Source: Macrostomum lignano (taxonomy: Eukaryota). From it: a DNA stretch of 64,000 nucleotides. Below the pieces are notes generated by a model, which worked only from the letters and a program-made list of their open reading frames with translations, made no database searches and was not told where the DNA came from. Location: assembly GCA_002269645.1 (NCBI GenBank), contig NIVC01003470.1:1-64000 (forward strand). The letters run 5' to 3'. Both the position numbers and the translations under genes were made by a program. Every line of letters starts with the position of its first letter. Position 1 is the first letter of the stretch. This document shows, piece by piece, positions 63,674 through 64,000 of the stretch.

Positions 63674-64000
63674 ACTGTAAGCTTGTCTCTTTCCAAGCAT
63701 TATTAAAGTTCAAATCTGAATTTTCTATGTTTAATTGAAACTTTTCTCTGTTAGCTTGACCATGTTCTTTGTGCTAATTCTGTTAACTAGAAACAAAACC
63801 GACAATTTTTACTATGTACGAGCGTAGCTACTATACAATTTTTAATTCACGATCAATGTGTTATTATTTAGATGAGTAGTACGTTTTGTTAAAGCTTTTT
63901 ATTTGCTGGCTTTTCCAAATATTGTGCAACCATCTTTTAGTCGTGGTTTAGTGAGACCACCAAAACGGATGAGCAAAACTGAAACAATCATATTTGTTTG

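Overview
Eukaryotic (invertebrate animal) genomic DNA with GT-AG introns, GC/CpG-rich exons and AT-rich, repeat-filled intergenic blocks. The species cannot be determined from the sequence alone. I reconstructed five spliced or single-exon genes by hand. (1) A Wnt ligand of Wnt4/Wnt11 type, 5 exons, minus strand, 2750-6660. (2) An F-BAR/RhoGAP/SH3 gene of the srGAP family, minus strand, 13089-20985; its first exon is unresolved. (3) An intronless SS18-like gene, minus strand, 30891-31802. (4) A PAN2-like gene that appears to stop after the WD40 and linker regions, plus strand, 57264-59962. (5) APRT, plus strand, 61795-63673. Mobile DNA includes a full-length Ty3/Gypsy element with nearly identical 165-bp LTRs and a 4-bp TSD (33362-38608), and a 6.5-kb Mutator-like element with TIRs, an 8-bp TSD and an open PHD-FLYWCH-MULE transposase (41645-48181). 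There are also a decayed mariner inside an srGAP intron, a Tc1-like remnant, several TSD-flanked MITEs and several tandem arrays. The most notable observations are the apparently nuclease-less PAN2, the PHD-bearing MULE transposase, a sharp mosaic of CpG-erased repeat blocks next to CpG-rich exons, and strong TAGGCCTA enrichment. Also notable are a foldback MITE carrying an E-box and CCAAT boxes upstream of PAN2, and an in-frame TGA in the best candidate first exon of srGAP. All counts and alignments were made by eye; no database search was run.
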